A DNA stretch of 64,000 nucleotides from Octopus bimaculoides (GCF_001194135.2 NC_068982.1:98018436-98082435), one strand, 5' to 3'; counted from the stretch's first letter, positions 27,121 through 39,300 are shown. Notes: a model not told the origin generated them from the letters alone. Numbers and translations are program-made.

Positions 27121-27637
27121 ACCACTTCAAACAAACTTTGTTCTAAGCATCACATTAAACATAATTAGCATCACAGACAGTCATTAGTTTAGAAAGCCAA
27201 ACATCAGGTAACTTACTATCGTTATCTATGACATCAAACTATCTACCTTTGTCATTCTAAAGGGAAATAGATATTAGATGCAGATAAACATGATACTTTC
27301 TCAGTATCATGATGAAGACCAATCAGAAAATAAGAACTATGTTTTCTTCACATGGGAATATAAGATATAACAAAAAAAAAAAAAGAAAAAAAAATTGTTT
27401 CAGTAACTGCCTCGTTTTCATTCATCATCCCCTCTTTCTTTTTCATACACACAAACTACTCTCTCTCTCTCTCTCTCCCTCCCTCTTTCTCTCTCTTATC
27501 CCCACCACATACATTGCTAGATAAGATGTTCATTAGTGAGTGGTGGGAATAATTTACAAATCTATCTTCAAAAGAAAGAAATATATATAAATGTGTATAT
27601 ACAAGCAAATACTCATATGTATGTGTGTGTATATATA

Positions 27638-28222
27638 NNNNNNNNNNNNNNNNNNNNNNNNNNNNNNNNNNNNNNNNNNNNNNNNNNNNNNNNNNNNNNN
27701 NNNNNNNNNNNNNNNNNNNNNNNNNNNNNNNNNNNNNNNNNNNNNNNNNNNNNNNNNNNNNNNNNNNNNNNNNNNNNNNNNNNNNNNNNNNNNNNNNNNN
27801 NNNNNNNNNNNNNNNNNNNNNNNNNNNNNNNNNNNNNNNNNNNNNNNNNNNNNNNNNNNNNNNNNNNNNNNNNNNNNNNNNNNNNNNNNNNNNNNNNNNN
27901 NNNNNNNNNNNNNNNNNNNNNNNNNNNNNNNNNNNNNNNNNNNNNNNNNNNNNNNNNNNNNNNNNNNNNNNNNNNNNNNNNNNNNNNNNNNNNNNNNNNN
28001 NNNNNNNNNNNNNNNNNNNNNNNNNNNNNNNNNNNNNNNNNNNNNNNNNNNNNNNNNNNNNNNNNNNNNNNNNNNNNNNNNNNNNNNNNNNNNNNNNNNN
28101 NNNNNNNNNNNNNNNNNNNNNNNNNNNNNNNNNNNNNNNNNNNNNNNNNNNNNNNNNNNNNNNNNNNNNNNNNNNNNNNNNNNNNNNNNNNNNNNNNNNN
28201 NNNNNNNNNNNNNNNNNNNNNN
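27638..28222. other. Assembly gap, followed by a poly-A run
   Basis: N run; flanked by (TA)n and about 36 A. Confidence 1.
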
Positions 28223-28263
<41 letters not shown>

Positions 28264-29114
28264 AACACGGTTTTCAATACTGCTGAGATTAACATACCTT
28301 TTATCTAATCAGCATTGATAGAATAAAATACCAGCCAAGGCCAGTTGGAATGGCAGAATTTTTAGAACCCTTGCGTTGCTTTTATTTTCCCCCCTTTCAT
28401 TAACCTCCAAGGCTCATAAAACCAGAGCTTAATCCTGTTTCCATCCTGTGTAAGTGACTGGGATCACAACACTTACTCCAGAGCAGGATGTCTGGCTGAA
28501 CATTGTGTCAAGACTCTTTGTTCTGACTCTTTGAATTGTAAATCCTTGGATGTTAGACCTAATTTGTTGCTCTATTTAACACAACCACCTGGTCCTTAGG
28601 TGCTTTTACTAGAGTCTATATCCGGTTGCAAGTATTCAGGACTCGCTCCTGTTGATTTTCTTTTTTTCTTTTTAATCATTTACTGCTACTACACATAAAA
28701 AGAATCTTGACTCCTCCTTCTCCTCCTCAACATTTAAATGTCTACTTTTGGTATGCTTGCTTGGGTCACAAAGAATTCATTGAGGCAAATTTTCTATGGC
28801 GATTCACTTCCTGTTGCTAATCCTCACGTGTTTCCAAGCAAGGATTAATAATCCCCTCATCTATCACACAATGAACAGTCCAAACATAAGTTATGTGGTG
28901 GTGAACTAGAAACAAACAACACTGAATGTTTACAGGTTGTGAAGCATACATGAACATGAGAAAATGTGAACTTGATCACACAATCACATAAATATATAGC
29001 TACCTACATGAGTAAACATATACATAAACATACTTATTCAGTTCCTTCCACCAATTTTACTCACAAGGTTTTTGAGGCCAGCTCCATAACCTCACAACCA
29101 TGCCTGTGCTTATA

Positions 29115-29835
29115 CAAGGTCTGATCAATAAGTATCTGAACTGTTGCTATAGTAACGAAACTAAAGCACGCAGAGTGAAGCGGCATGGCACAAATTGACC
29201 TTGAACTTGGCTATGCATATGCACTAAGTTTTAATGTTCTAGCTCACTTCTGCTGTTTACAGCAGTGCTTGGAAGGAAAGTATATAGTGTGTGATCATCG
29301 CATTGACCTTAACAGAGAAAGTTGTCATGGCGATACCTGCTCAGAGGCTTATACAAAGTTGCAGAAAGTGTATAGAGAGGGGTGTATGAGCTGCACATCA
29401 AATTACCATCCTTGAGTTATTAGAGGATGAGCAGATTAGTTCAGTCCATTATCACTGAAGATTTGGGTATGAGACACATGCCTGCCAAGTTTGTGCCAAA
29501 ACTGCTTTCGTGATCAAAAAGACACTCGGGTTTCAGTTGTACAAAATCTCCTTGATTGTGTCGAGAATGATGAAAACTTTGCGCAGGTATCATCAAGCTT
29601 TTGGCAAAATTCGATGCAGATTCTCTGCTCAACTATTCTGTCATGGTCAATGCAATAATCACACACACGTTCATTCCAAGCACTGCTGTAAACAGTGGAA
29701 GTGAGATAGAACGTTAAAACTTAGTGTGCATTCACACCAGAATTCAAGGTCAATCTGTGCCAAGCAACTTTACTCTGTGTGCTTTAGTTTCATTACTATG
29801 GCAACAATCCGGATACTTATTGATCAGACCACACG
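29115..29835 (+). mobile_element. Internally deleted mariner element
   Basis: ~60-bp TIRs CAAGGTCTGATCAATAAGTATC...GATACTTATTGATCAGACC with a TA at the left end; transposase remnant ITEDLGMRHMPAKFVPKLLS*SKRH / VQNLLDCVENDEN. Confidence 0.9.
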
Positions 29836-30679
29836 TGTAAATAAAAAGTAATAAAAATCATCTTCATTAGTAGAGAATTACTAACAAGCAAGAACTACTT
29901 GTCCACAGATGGTGTACAGCTTTCTCCTCAGCCTCTTCAAATACTAATAATGAGTTCTACATCTTTGAACTATAAAGCTGTATACTTCAGCCTAACTCCT
30001 CCCCTGCCCTTTCATCACTCCTACCCTCACTTTAAAACACACGCTTGCCCATGTGCAGCCAGTACTACCATTGTTGCTGACAATAGACTTTCTAGGGGGT
30101 TAGTAATTCTTGGAAGGACTGAAGTATTTTCTGACTCTGAGAACTTAGCCTAGGTGATGCAAGTTTTTGCTATATTAACGATGTGTGTTAATTAAGAATA
30201 ATCAAGAAGACTAGCATGAGGGTTTTAGTTGTATACTGTTCATGTCGAAAAGATGGAAGTGAGATGTAATAGCATTTTCTTGCTAAGTGTGGCACATAAA
30301 CACACCAAGTGCACTCTGTAAAGTGGTCGGCGTTAGTTAGGAAGGACATCTAACCATAAAGACTGTGCCAAAACAGAACTTGGTGTTGTCCTCTGATATG
30401 CCAGCACTCGTTGAACCATCCAACTCATGCCAACAAGGAAAACAGATGTTAAAACCAAGCACTGGGCCTTGATGCAGTCTTCTGCCTTGCCAATTCTTGT
30501 CCATGCCAGTATGGAAGTATGGAGGCATTAAATGGTGATCATGATGATGTAGTGTGTTTTGTTTGTTTGTTTGTTTGTTTCTAAGATTGTAATAAAGCTT
30601 TTTAAGATCTCAGTTCATGGAATCAGTGTAGATTTGGCATGAGTGACATGTGAATGATTGAATGATTTGGTGCAGAATG

Positions 30680-31075
30680 TTAGTTACGTAGCAATAAAGG
30701 ACAGTATCATTTGTATGGGAGAGGGCATTGTTGGTATAGCAATAGCAAATAGGTCACGGAGTAAATGAGGGTCAGAAAGTACTCCATCAGCACATATCAC
30801 AGTTGTGTGATCTGGAAGGAAGCCACTCTCTCAAGGGACAAGAGATTAACATAGCTTATAGGGGCTGGCACTTTGGCAGGAGATTCAAAGGTCATTATCA
30901 GAAGCTTTACTGATGTCAAGACTTTCATTAAATTCTCAAAAGGCACTTACTGGTGAGTGATACAGGAGAGCAGGTCCCCTATAAAGCTGCACAAACCAAA
31001 CTGGCAATCACTAAGAAAAACAGATATGGATTGCTCACGATTGTCTTCATTAACATTGAGATACAATATTGTTAG
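30680..31075 (-). mobile_element. CR1/L2-like RT fragment
   Basis: Minus translation LSDCQFGLCSFIGDLLSCITHQ and LDISKAS (cf. QFGFR..STGDLL, LDISKAFD), plus VCADGVLSDP. Confidence 0.75.
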
Positions 31076-31358
31076 AACATTGTGCCTGTATATCATCAGT
31101 TAGAAACCACCATTTTGCAAAATGGCAGAAAAGTTAGTATCAGACAAAATGCCTTACATTACCTGTTATAACTCTAAAATGTGATTTCAAAAATAAGCCA
31201 AGGTAAACTTTGCTTGTCATTCTACTGATATCAATAAAAAAAAGTTAACTTGGGTTGGTTTATTCAACTAACACCCTTCCTCAAATTTCAAATGTTGTGT
31301 CTATGTTATAAACAATTATTATGATTATTATTGTTACTATTATCATTATTATTATTAA

Positions 31359-31790
31359 GGTGGCGAGCAGGCAGAATCATTAGCACACTGGACGAACTGC
31401 TTGTCGCTATGTTCTGAGTTCAAATTCCACCAAGGTTGACTTTGCCTTTCATCATTTCAGGGTCGATAAATTAAGTACCAGTGGAATACTGGGGATCAAT
31501 GAAATCGATTTAACCCCTCCCCTCAAATTTCAGGCCTTGTGCCTTCAGTAGAAAGAATTATTATCATTATCATTATTAAGGCAGTGAGCTGGCAGAATCG
31601 TTAGCATGCTGGACGAAATGCTTAGCACAATTTCATCCATTGCTATGTTCTGAGTTCAAATTCTACTGAGGTCAACTTTTGCTTTTCATCCTTTCGAGGC
31701 TGATAAATTAAGTAACAGTGAAACACTGGTGTTGATATAATTGACAAGCCCCCTCCCTGAAATTTAAGGCCTTGAGCCTATAGTAGAAAG
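31359..31790 (+). mobile_element. Two tandem copies of tRNA-type SINE family B
   Basis: Units at 31359-31553 and 31580-31790, each with GGCAGAATC.TTAGCA, GAGTTCAAATTC (B-box) and TTTCATC(A/C)TTTC..GG..GATAAATTAAGTA; separated by (ATT)n tails. Confidence 0.9.
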
Positions 31791-31809
31791 GATTATCATC
31801 ATCATTATT

Positions 31810-31811
<2 letters not shown>

Positions 31812-31852
<41 letters not shown>
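31812..31852. repeat. (AGT)n microsatellite
   Basis: Direct observation. Confidence 0.95.
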
Positions 31853-31853
<1 letters not shown>

Positions 31854-32947
31854 ACAACAGCAAGAATACTAAAACAAATAAATGACAATATATCTCACTT
31901 TATTTCTATATACAATCACATACACAAATAGTAACAGAAAAGATTTATGTTGGAAAAGAACAAAAAGAAAAACCATCAACAACAACAACAAAAACTAATC
32001 GATATTGTTGAAAGTTGCTGTTTGCTGAGGTTTCTCTTCCTATTAAGATAACTCAACGAAATTGCAATTAGCTTTCATTGTTCACTTCATATTAAACAAT
32101 TCTGCAGATATCATAAACCATTATTGCACAACAGAATTCAATTAAATCCACATAGATAGCAATGGCACTTGCTATATTCCTCAGTGAATGATTTGCAGCC
32201 AACAGTGTTTAGTGAATGACTGAGTAATGGGAGAGGGGGGGGGGGATACCAGTGACTCCTGCTGCATCGTATATTAGTAGTAAAGTAGTAGCTGTTAGCA
32301 TATTTGTTGTAGTCAACCAAGAAATTTAATTCAATTTAATTAAAATTACACCCTTAATAACGAGTAAATTTTTGTCAAAATGACTGATTTCTGCACTTAA
32401 AGACAAGGGTAGGCAACAACCAAATTTTAATTAAAAGTTAATTAGAATTAGATAAATAAAGAATGTAGTCTCATACCAGCAGACAGAAACAAAATGGCAG
32501 TTACTGTTGGAAAGACTTGTTTATTTGCATGTATATCATTGCATGCTCATTAAATTACATCATTTCTATATCACATTAGAGTATTTAATACCATATACAT
32601 ACATATGTATGTATGTATGTACGTACACACACACACATATATATATATATATACATACGCACACACACACACACGAGTGAGTGGACAAGTGAAAGAAGGG
32701 CTCTCAACCAATTTATTGGGAATTACATGTATGGATGAAAACAGTTTGATTTAAATTTGCTGGTACTCTTGAGTTTCATGTGCGATGCTAGTCGTCAGTC
32801 ATTTTGAAAAATTTGAATCAAACTATTTTGATCCATATATATACATATATATATATATATACACAAATATAATTTTACCTATAAAGGTTATTTTAACATA
32901 CTGATCTACTTGATAAAATTATTAATTAATTAATGTTACCCTTTTAT

Positions 32948-32979
<32 letters not shown>

Positions 32980-33109
32980 CATACACACACACACACACAC
33001 ACACATACATGTACATATATACAAATGTATGCATATATACATATATATATGCATATATATGCCATAAAGCCTCCCCTGTTTTGCAAGGTACATGGGGGCC
33101 CCTTCCCAC

Positions 33110-33370
33110 TGGTGGTGGTGCCAAAAAATGCACCCAGTACACTCTGTAAAAGTCGTTTGTGTTAGGAAGGGTATCCAGCTTTAGAAACCATATCAAAACA
33201 GGCAACAGAGCTTAAGATAGTCCTCTGGCTTGCCAGCCCTTGTGAAACTGTCCAACCCATGCCAGTATGGCATGGGTTGGACAGTTTTTTTACCCTTTTC
33301 CTTCTCCATAAGATAGTAATAGCTCTTCTGAAAGTCTGCCAATCAACGATATTGATGATGATGATTATGA
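33110..33370 (+). mobile_element. RTE 3' tail copy carrying a fold-back and an inserted 60-bp segment
   Basis: Tail motif up to CCAACCCATGCCAG, then a 20-bp inversion, then a copy of 33985-34044, then (GAT)n. Confidence 0.8.
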
Positions 33371-33377
33371 TGATGTA

Positions 33378-33410
<33 letters not shown>

Positions 33411-33825
33411 TTACATTAGATATCGAGGCAAACGTTCACCCCCATCTCTTTCCAGCTTTCACACATTATCTTCATCCAATGCCTCTTGTTTCACTACCAG
33501 CAACCCTGCATAAGTATCATACAATCTGTTCAAAGACAAGAGTAAAATGACATATAGAAACTTTTACAGTAGTTTAAAATAGATCTTTGTGCTATTTTGG
33601 TGATATTCAATTTAAGAAGAAGCTGATGACTACCATAAGGGATGAGACATTAGACTATTTGCAAGTAGCATTCCTGTATGAACTGGTAAATTACTGATGA
33701 GCCAGTGGGTGGGGGCATATATATACATACATACATGTTACATATAAGTACATTCCTGTTACCAACAGCCAATTTTCTATTTAATAAACGATCAGTCAAA
33801 AAAACTATTACACTTGCAGGACATA

Positions 33826-34054
33826 TGTAATAGTTGATTGGTGGACTTTCAGAATAGCATCCCTACATGGAGAAAATGCCACGAAACTTTACCAGAGAAA
33901 GGCACAGAATTGCATGGCAAAAATGTACAAATATTGCATGCTTTGGATAAAAAGTTGTTTCCCAGAAGGGAACAATCACCAACATTTTTTTAACCTTTTC
34001 TTTCTCCATAAGGTAATAATAGCTCTTCTGAAAGTCTGCCAATCGACTATTACA
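33826..34054. mobile_element. MITE-like inverted-repeat element
   Basis: Ends TGTAATAGT(T/C)GATTGG(TG/CA)GACTTTCAGAA(T/G)AGC in inverted orientation, about 35 bp. Confidence 0.55.
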
Positions 34055-34141
34055 CCTATCTCATGAGTATAATAGTTTATTTACTAATCTTTTGGAAAAT
34101 GAGATGGCAAAGGAATAAAAGATTATTTTATGCACAACATT

Positions 34142-34222
34142 AGCTTACAACTGTTTCTGCTATAAGATGCAGTGGACTCATAGTTGAGTGCATGAGAAAC
34201 ACCTAATAGCTTCATCAGAGCC
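34142..34222 (-). ncRNA. Minimal type-I hammerhead ribozyme motif (Penelope-type), long helix II
   Basis: GGCU-CUGAUGA-A-[GCUAUUAGGUG...CAUCUUAUAGC]-A-GAAA-CAGUUG-UA-AGCU; helix I 4 bp, helix II 10/11 bp plus an inner stem, self-complementary helix III. Confidence 0.75.
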
Positions 34223-34545
34223 TTGACTATGAAGTGCAAAGAAACGGCACTTCACCTCATTTTCTTATTACAGCTCTGTACCTGACTAATGCACATGTAT
34301 ATGTATATCGAGTCCTACACCTGGTTATTCGCCTAAGTGAATTATTAAAACTAACCTTTTAGTAAACAAAAAAATTGGCTGTCAATAAGTACTTATCTAT
34401 CTACACACATACACACACACAAGCAAGTGTGGTTTATAAGTTTCTTGCGTAGTTATGAGGTTATGAGCTGGTTCTTTCTGCCTAGCCCAAATGACCAAGT
34501 TTTTTCTACTTTATAGTCTTAGGTTGGCCTACGCTTTGTGAGTGG

Positions 34546-34589
<44 letters not shown>

Positions 34590-34807
34590 AAGACCGCAAG
34601 AATAAATATCTTACTTGGAAATAAACAATTAGTGACAGAAAGGGCTGTCAGCCATATGAAAGCTACCTGAACAAGTTTCATATAACTCATGCAAGCATAG
34701 AGAAACGAAATGTTAGAAAAATGATGATGTAATTGTAAATTGATGTTCATCTTAATATTAATGTGCTGTTCCCTCTGTGCTATTGCATGTATGTATGTAT
34801 GTATGTG

Positions 34808-35145
34808 AAGGCACAGGTCAGTGGTTAGATTGTTAGGCTCACACTCATTAAGTAGTGAGCTCGATTCCCGAACCAAGCTGCGTGTTGTGCTCTTGAGCAA
34901 GGCACTTTAGTTTCACGCTGCTCCAATTCACTCAACTGTAGAAATGAGTTGCAATGTTACAGGTGCCAAGCTGTATCGGCCTTTGCCTTTCTCTTGGATA
35001 ACATTAGTGGTGTGGAGAGGAGAGATTGCTGTGCATGGGCAACTGTTGGTCTTCCATAAAACAACTCTGCCTGGACTTGTACTTCGGAGGGGAACCTTCT
35101 AGGGGAATCCCATGGTCATTCATAATCAAAAGGGGGTCTTTAGTC
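34808..35145 (+). mobile_element. tRNA-type SINE family C
   Basis: A/B-box-like head GGTCAGTGGTTAG...GCTCGATTCCCG; body homologous to 55790-56060 (GGTGCCAAGCTGTATCGGCCTTT). Confidence 0.85.
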
Positions 35146-35364
35146 CTTTAATCCTGTTTATTTATATACACACAAACATACATACACACACACATATATA
35201 CACACAAACACATATATATATACACAAACATATATATATGTATTGATATAGATATAAATAGATAGAAATAAGTATATATAAACATGCATACATATGCACA
35301 AGTTATTATATGTGTACAAGGCGTATGTTACATGAGGATGATGATGATGATGATGATTTATATT

Positions 35365-35765
35365 TGTTACCTCAGTACTCTAATTAGCAGTAGACAGAGA
35401 TGCTGCAAAAGCACAGTCACCAAAGTAGGTGGGGTATTCAGGGAACAGTTATCATTGCAGGCAACAAATGGATTCTCACTAAGAGTGAAGGGCAAATTGT
35501 AAGCCTTGATTGCAATGAATGGGTGCTGAATGTGGAAGGCAAGTAAAATCTGGAAAAAAGTGAGGAGAGCATATTTGGCACAATGTGTAATGTCCAAAGT
35601 GCATGAATGATGGGTCTCAAATGAAATGAGAGAAAAAAAAACTTTTGTATAAGGATGATAAGGTGTAGTGTGGCAAGAGTGAATGCTGAACTGTACCAGA
35701 CATGTGATGCATATGGAAGATGACAGCTGAATGATAGCAGCACACTTGCTCTTTCAGTGAGGCTG
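35365..35765 (+). mobile_element. RTE LINE C-terminal fragment
   Basis: GGVFREQLSLQATNGFSLRVKGKL, homologous to 21900-21990; later RVNAELYQTC-like RLRWYGH region. Confidence 0.75.
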
Positions 35766-35799
35766 AAAAGAAAAAGGCATGGAGGTTAATGAATGAGAA

Positions 35800-36430
35800 T
35801 GTAAAAGAGGAAGAAATGGACTATGTAAATAGATCCAACAGAAGAACCAGCCATTGAAATTGACAGCTATGTGGTCTAATGTGCGATAAACGAAATATGA
35901 AGTCTGTAAATGCAGCTAGACCATCAGGGATATTCACAGTAATGTTGAAAACATCTGGTGAAGTAGGTTATGCACTAGTTAATCAAGTAAGTTATGGGAA
36001 GGTGTCATATGTGGTTATTGGCAAAGTTGTATGATGAAAAGCAAACAGAAATACTCCAGAGACAAATAACTACAAAGTTGAAAGGGTTACAGCACACCTG
36101 GTTAGGTAGAAAATTAGCAGAGATGTGACACAGTTCTGGATTGTACCTTTTTCTTGTGAGACAACCACAGAAGTGTTTAGTTTAAAGTAAGCCATTCTAT
36201 CTAGCATTCATCAACCTGGAGAAAACCATTGATAGGGTTTCAGAGTTTGTAGTCAGGTTTACGATGCCATCAGTAAGGTCAGTGATGGCAAATGAGTTCA
36301 ACAAGGAATTTCGCATGCAGGGCAGTTCCATAGGTGTCAGTTCTCAGTACCCTCCTTTTGTATAATAGTTCTCTATGTATGCTGATGACCTAGTTTCCAT
36401 AGCTGATTCCGTCAAAGATTTAGAGGAAGA
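35800..36430 (+). mobile_element. RTE LINE RT-domain fragment
   Basis: Motifs NAARPSGIFTVMLKTSGEVGY, LAFINLEKTIDRV, VSSQYPPF / CIIVL and MYADDLVSIADSVKDLE. Confidence 0.8.
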
Positions 36431-36598
36431 ATACAGATGCATTACCTAGAATCCAGAATTTATAAAATAATATTCTTTCAACTTGCTCTGTTCATAAGGC
36501 TAATACCAGTGATCATCATTTAATTCTAAGAAAATTCAGTTTTCCAGAAATGAGCTCAGAATTCAAAATAATTAATTTTTACAGATGGAATTTATTAA

Positions 36599-36800
36599 CC
36601 CTTTAACATTTAAACCGGCCATATTCAAATATTCTACCTGTTTTCTGTTCATCAGCCAAATCTAACCTCTCATGCCTACCCTACAATGTCATTCTAAAAA
36701 TAAACAATCACCTCATTGAAATCTCAAAGTTAAGAGATAATGCATAATTTATTCAAAGTAATGTGAATTAAATAAGCATCACATTTGTCAGAGTCATCCA
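36599..36800 (+). mobile_element. TTAA-ended MITE
   Basis: TTAA-CCCTTTAACATTTAAACCGGCC...; same family as 16088-16457. Confidence 0.8.
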
Positions 36801-37009
36801 AAACTAATTAACTATGGAACTATATAACTGAATGCTGTTTTAGTTAACCAACAGTGAGCTTCCTGAAAGTATGTATCTTAGCACTTAAAACCATTTTTTC
36901 TTGATGAGACTACACTGCAAAATTGTAGAAGATAAACACATTAGACATAGGCATGAAATGCACTGAGATTCATATCAGAATTCTTATGGTAGAAAAGAAA
37001 TTTCCTGTG

Positions 37010-37190
37010 ACATAAAAAGCACCCAGTACAGTCTGTAAAGAGGTTTGCAGCAATAGCAACTATACCAAAACAGACATTGGAGTCAGCCACAGTCTCTGGC
37101 CCACCAGTTCATGTCAAACCATCCAACCCATGCTAGCATAGAAAGCAGATGTTAAATGATGATGATGATGATGATGATGATGATAATGAT
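37010..37190 (+). mobile_element. RTE 3' tail fragment
   Basis: ATAAAAAGCACCCAGTACA...CCATCCAACCCATGCTAGCAT plus (GAT)n. Confidence 0.8.
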
Positions 37191-37526
37191 GAATGAATGA
37201 ATTAATAAAATAATACAGTGCCTGTCTAGAGTTAAATGTATGTAAGAAACAAAAACACCGTCAGGAGATCTATTCAAATTCCTCAACATGGAATTTCTAT
37301 TTAACATATATCAGCAGAATTCAGTAAATCTATCTACCATCAGATGAAAGCTCAGGGACTATTTTAAGCTAAAAATAAACTTCAGTCATAAACCTTAACC
37401 ACCAATGCATCTTCTTTACAAGCACAGGAAGTTCTGCCTATATCTGACTCAGAAGTTGTCACAAAAGATAAAGTCGATGCTCTGCTGGAATCTGTCAAAT
37501 CAAACTCTTTGCATACTAGATCCTAT

Positions 37527-37915
37527 GTGGAGGCGCAATGGCCCAGTGGTTAGGGCACTGGACTCGTGGTCATAGGATCGCAGTTTCGATTCCCAGACCG
37601 GGTGTTGTGAGTGTTTCTTGAGCGAAAACACCTAAAGCTCCACAAGGCTCCGGCAGGGGATGGTGGCGAACCCTGCTGTACTCTTCCACCACAACTTTCT
37701 CTCACTCTTACTTCCTGTTTCTGTTGTACCAGTAATTCAAAGGGTCAGCCTTGTCACACTGTGTCACGCTGAATATCCCCGAGAACTACGTTAAGGGTAC
37801 ACATGTCTGTGGAGTGCTCAGCCACTTGCACGTTAATTTCACGAGCAGGCTGTTCCACTGATCGGATCAACTGGAACCCTCGATGTCGTAAACGACAGAG
37901 TGCCAACAGAACAGA
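37527..37915 (+). mobile_element. Full-length young tRNA-derived SINE (tRNA-Arg-like head)
   Basis: Head GGCGCAATGGCCCAGTGGTTAGGG...GTTTCGATTCCC; perfect 12-bp TSD ACTAGATCCTAT at 37515-37526 and 37916-37927. Confidence 0.92.
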
Positions 37916-38050
37916 ACTAGATCCTATACTATCATGGATAATTATTGTCTGTCAGAAAGCCTTGCTGTTGATCAATTACAGAATTAACTAATGTACCATT
38001 ATCAATAGAATGTTTACTGGATTTATTGAAATTTGCATAACTAGACTTAC

Positions 38051-38081
38051 TGGAAATATTCCTCTTCTCAAAAAGAAAGCT
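38051..38081 (-). CDS. Candidate 31-nt microexon
   Basis: Acceptor TTGTTCTGTATTTAG and donor CCA|GTAAGT; open frames AFFLRRGIFP or SFLFEKRNIS; no homology recognised. Confidence 0.3.
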
Positions 38082-38482
38082 CTAAATACAGAACAATTAT
38101 ACAATTATAGACAAAGTATCTTTCACTCTACCTCTTACTATAAAAATCATTGCACAGCTGGTTACCAGATGTATACAGAATTATTTGCAGACAAACTCAT
38201 TTCTGTCAACATATCAGTCAGCATACAGGACTGGTTTCTCAGAAGTGATTTTCTTGATTGAAATTTGGAGTTCAACGCAGTTAATCATGGCATCTTTATA
38301 CATCATCATTAATCATATTTTAGTTTTGATATGTTAGTCCACTGGTTTTGTTCTTAACTCACCCAAAGATGTAAGGTTGAACATATCAATGCCACTCGTG
38401 GAACACTCAATCCTCAGCTGTCCTCATTATACATTGCTTCATGGTCCAGTATTCTGCAACTGGTCAAAAATCTTTTCATAAG

Positions 38483-38880
38483 TGCAGGTGTGGCTGTGTG
38501 GTAAGAACCTTGCTTCCCAACCACATGGTTCAAGGTTTAGTCCCACTGCACAACATCTTGGGCAAGTGTCTTCTACTATAGCCATGGGCCAAGTGAAGTC
38601 TTGTGAGTGGATTTGGTAGAGGGAAACTGAAAGAAACCCATTGTATGTATGTATATATATATAATGTATCTATGTGTTTTTGTCCCCCATCACCACTTGA
38701 CAACTGATGTTAGTGTGTTTATGTTCCCATAACTTAACAGTTTGGCAAAACAAAACTGATAGAATAAGTATTAAGCTTAAGAAAAAAGTCCTGAGGTCAT
38801 TTTGTTCAACTAAAACCTGTCGAGGCAGTGCTCCAGCATGGCTGCAGTCAAATGACAGAAACCAGTAAAAGAGTAAAAGA
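38483..38880 (+). mobile_element. SINE family A, near full length, CpG-decayed
   Basis: GCAGGTGTGGCTGTGTGGTAAG head to AAAAGAGTAAAAGA tail; CpG sites of the younger copies read TG/CA. Confidence 0.9.
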
Positions 38881-38974
38881 ACTGACAACCCAAGATGACC
38901 ACTTATCCTGATCAAACAGCATTCCAATACAGATACTAATGGCTTGTCTATTTCCTCTATTTACAACAACAAAT

Positions 38975-39300
38975 GCAACAAGTATCTGGGAATTGATGAC
39001 AATATTTCCACAGTGGTGCTGTAAGGAAAGCTAAAAAGTAACAAAGGAATACTCCAGCAAACTTTGGAAATTATAGGAATCAGACCCATCAACATTCTAT
39101 AATGCTATATAAATATCCCATAACCGTTTTACAGTGCTAGCGCTAGAACCAGTATTTTGGGACACTACAATAGACACTTAAAGAAAACTATAATTTGGAC
39201 ATCAAAACTAGGAAGATAATAACCAATAGCAACTTCCACCTCAACATTGGCACTGACAAAATCTACATAAGATGGAATAATAGAGGCATAAAATTAGTCT
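38975..39300 (+). mobile_element. R4/Dong-clade LINE RT C-terminal remnant
   Basis: NKYLGIDDNIS; VTKEYSSKLWKL*ESDPSTFYNAI*ISHNRFTV; YNLDIKTRKIITNSNFHLNIGTDKIYIRWNNRGIK. Confidence 0.7.

Noticed and set aside
27456-28318. Longest ORFs in the track (227-279 aa), and likewise 49576-50144
   Set aside because: They run through N gaps and poly-A/(TA)n; artefacts.
33620-33720. Two more CTGATGA motifs (about 33625 and 33690)
   Set aside because: No GAAA-helix III-UH arrangement (GAGAC at best) and poor helices; at most dead relics.
37529-37600. tRNA gene
   Set aside because: No closed acceptor stem or poly-T terminator; it continues into a SINE body with a TSD.
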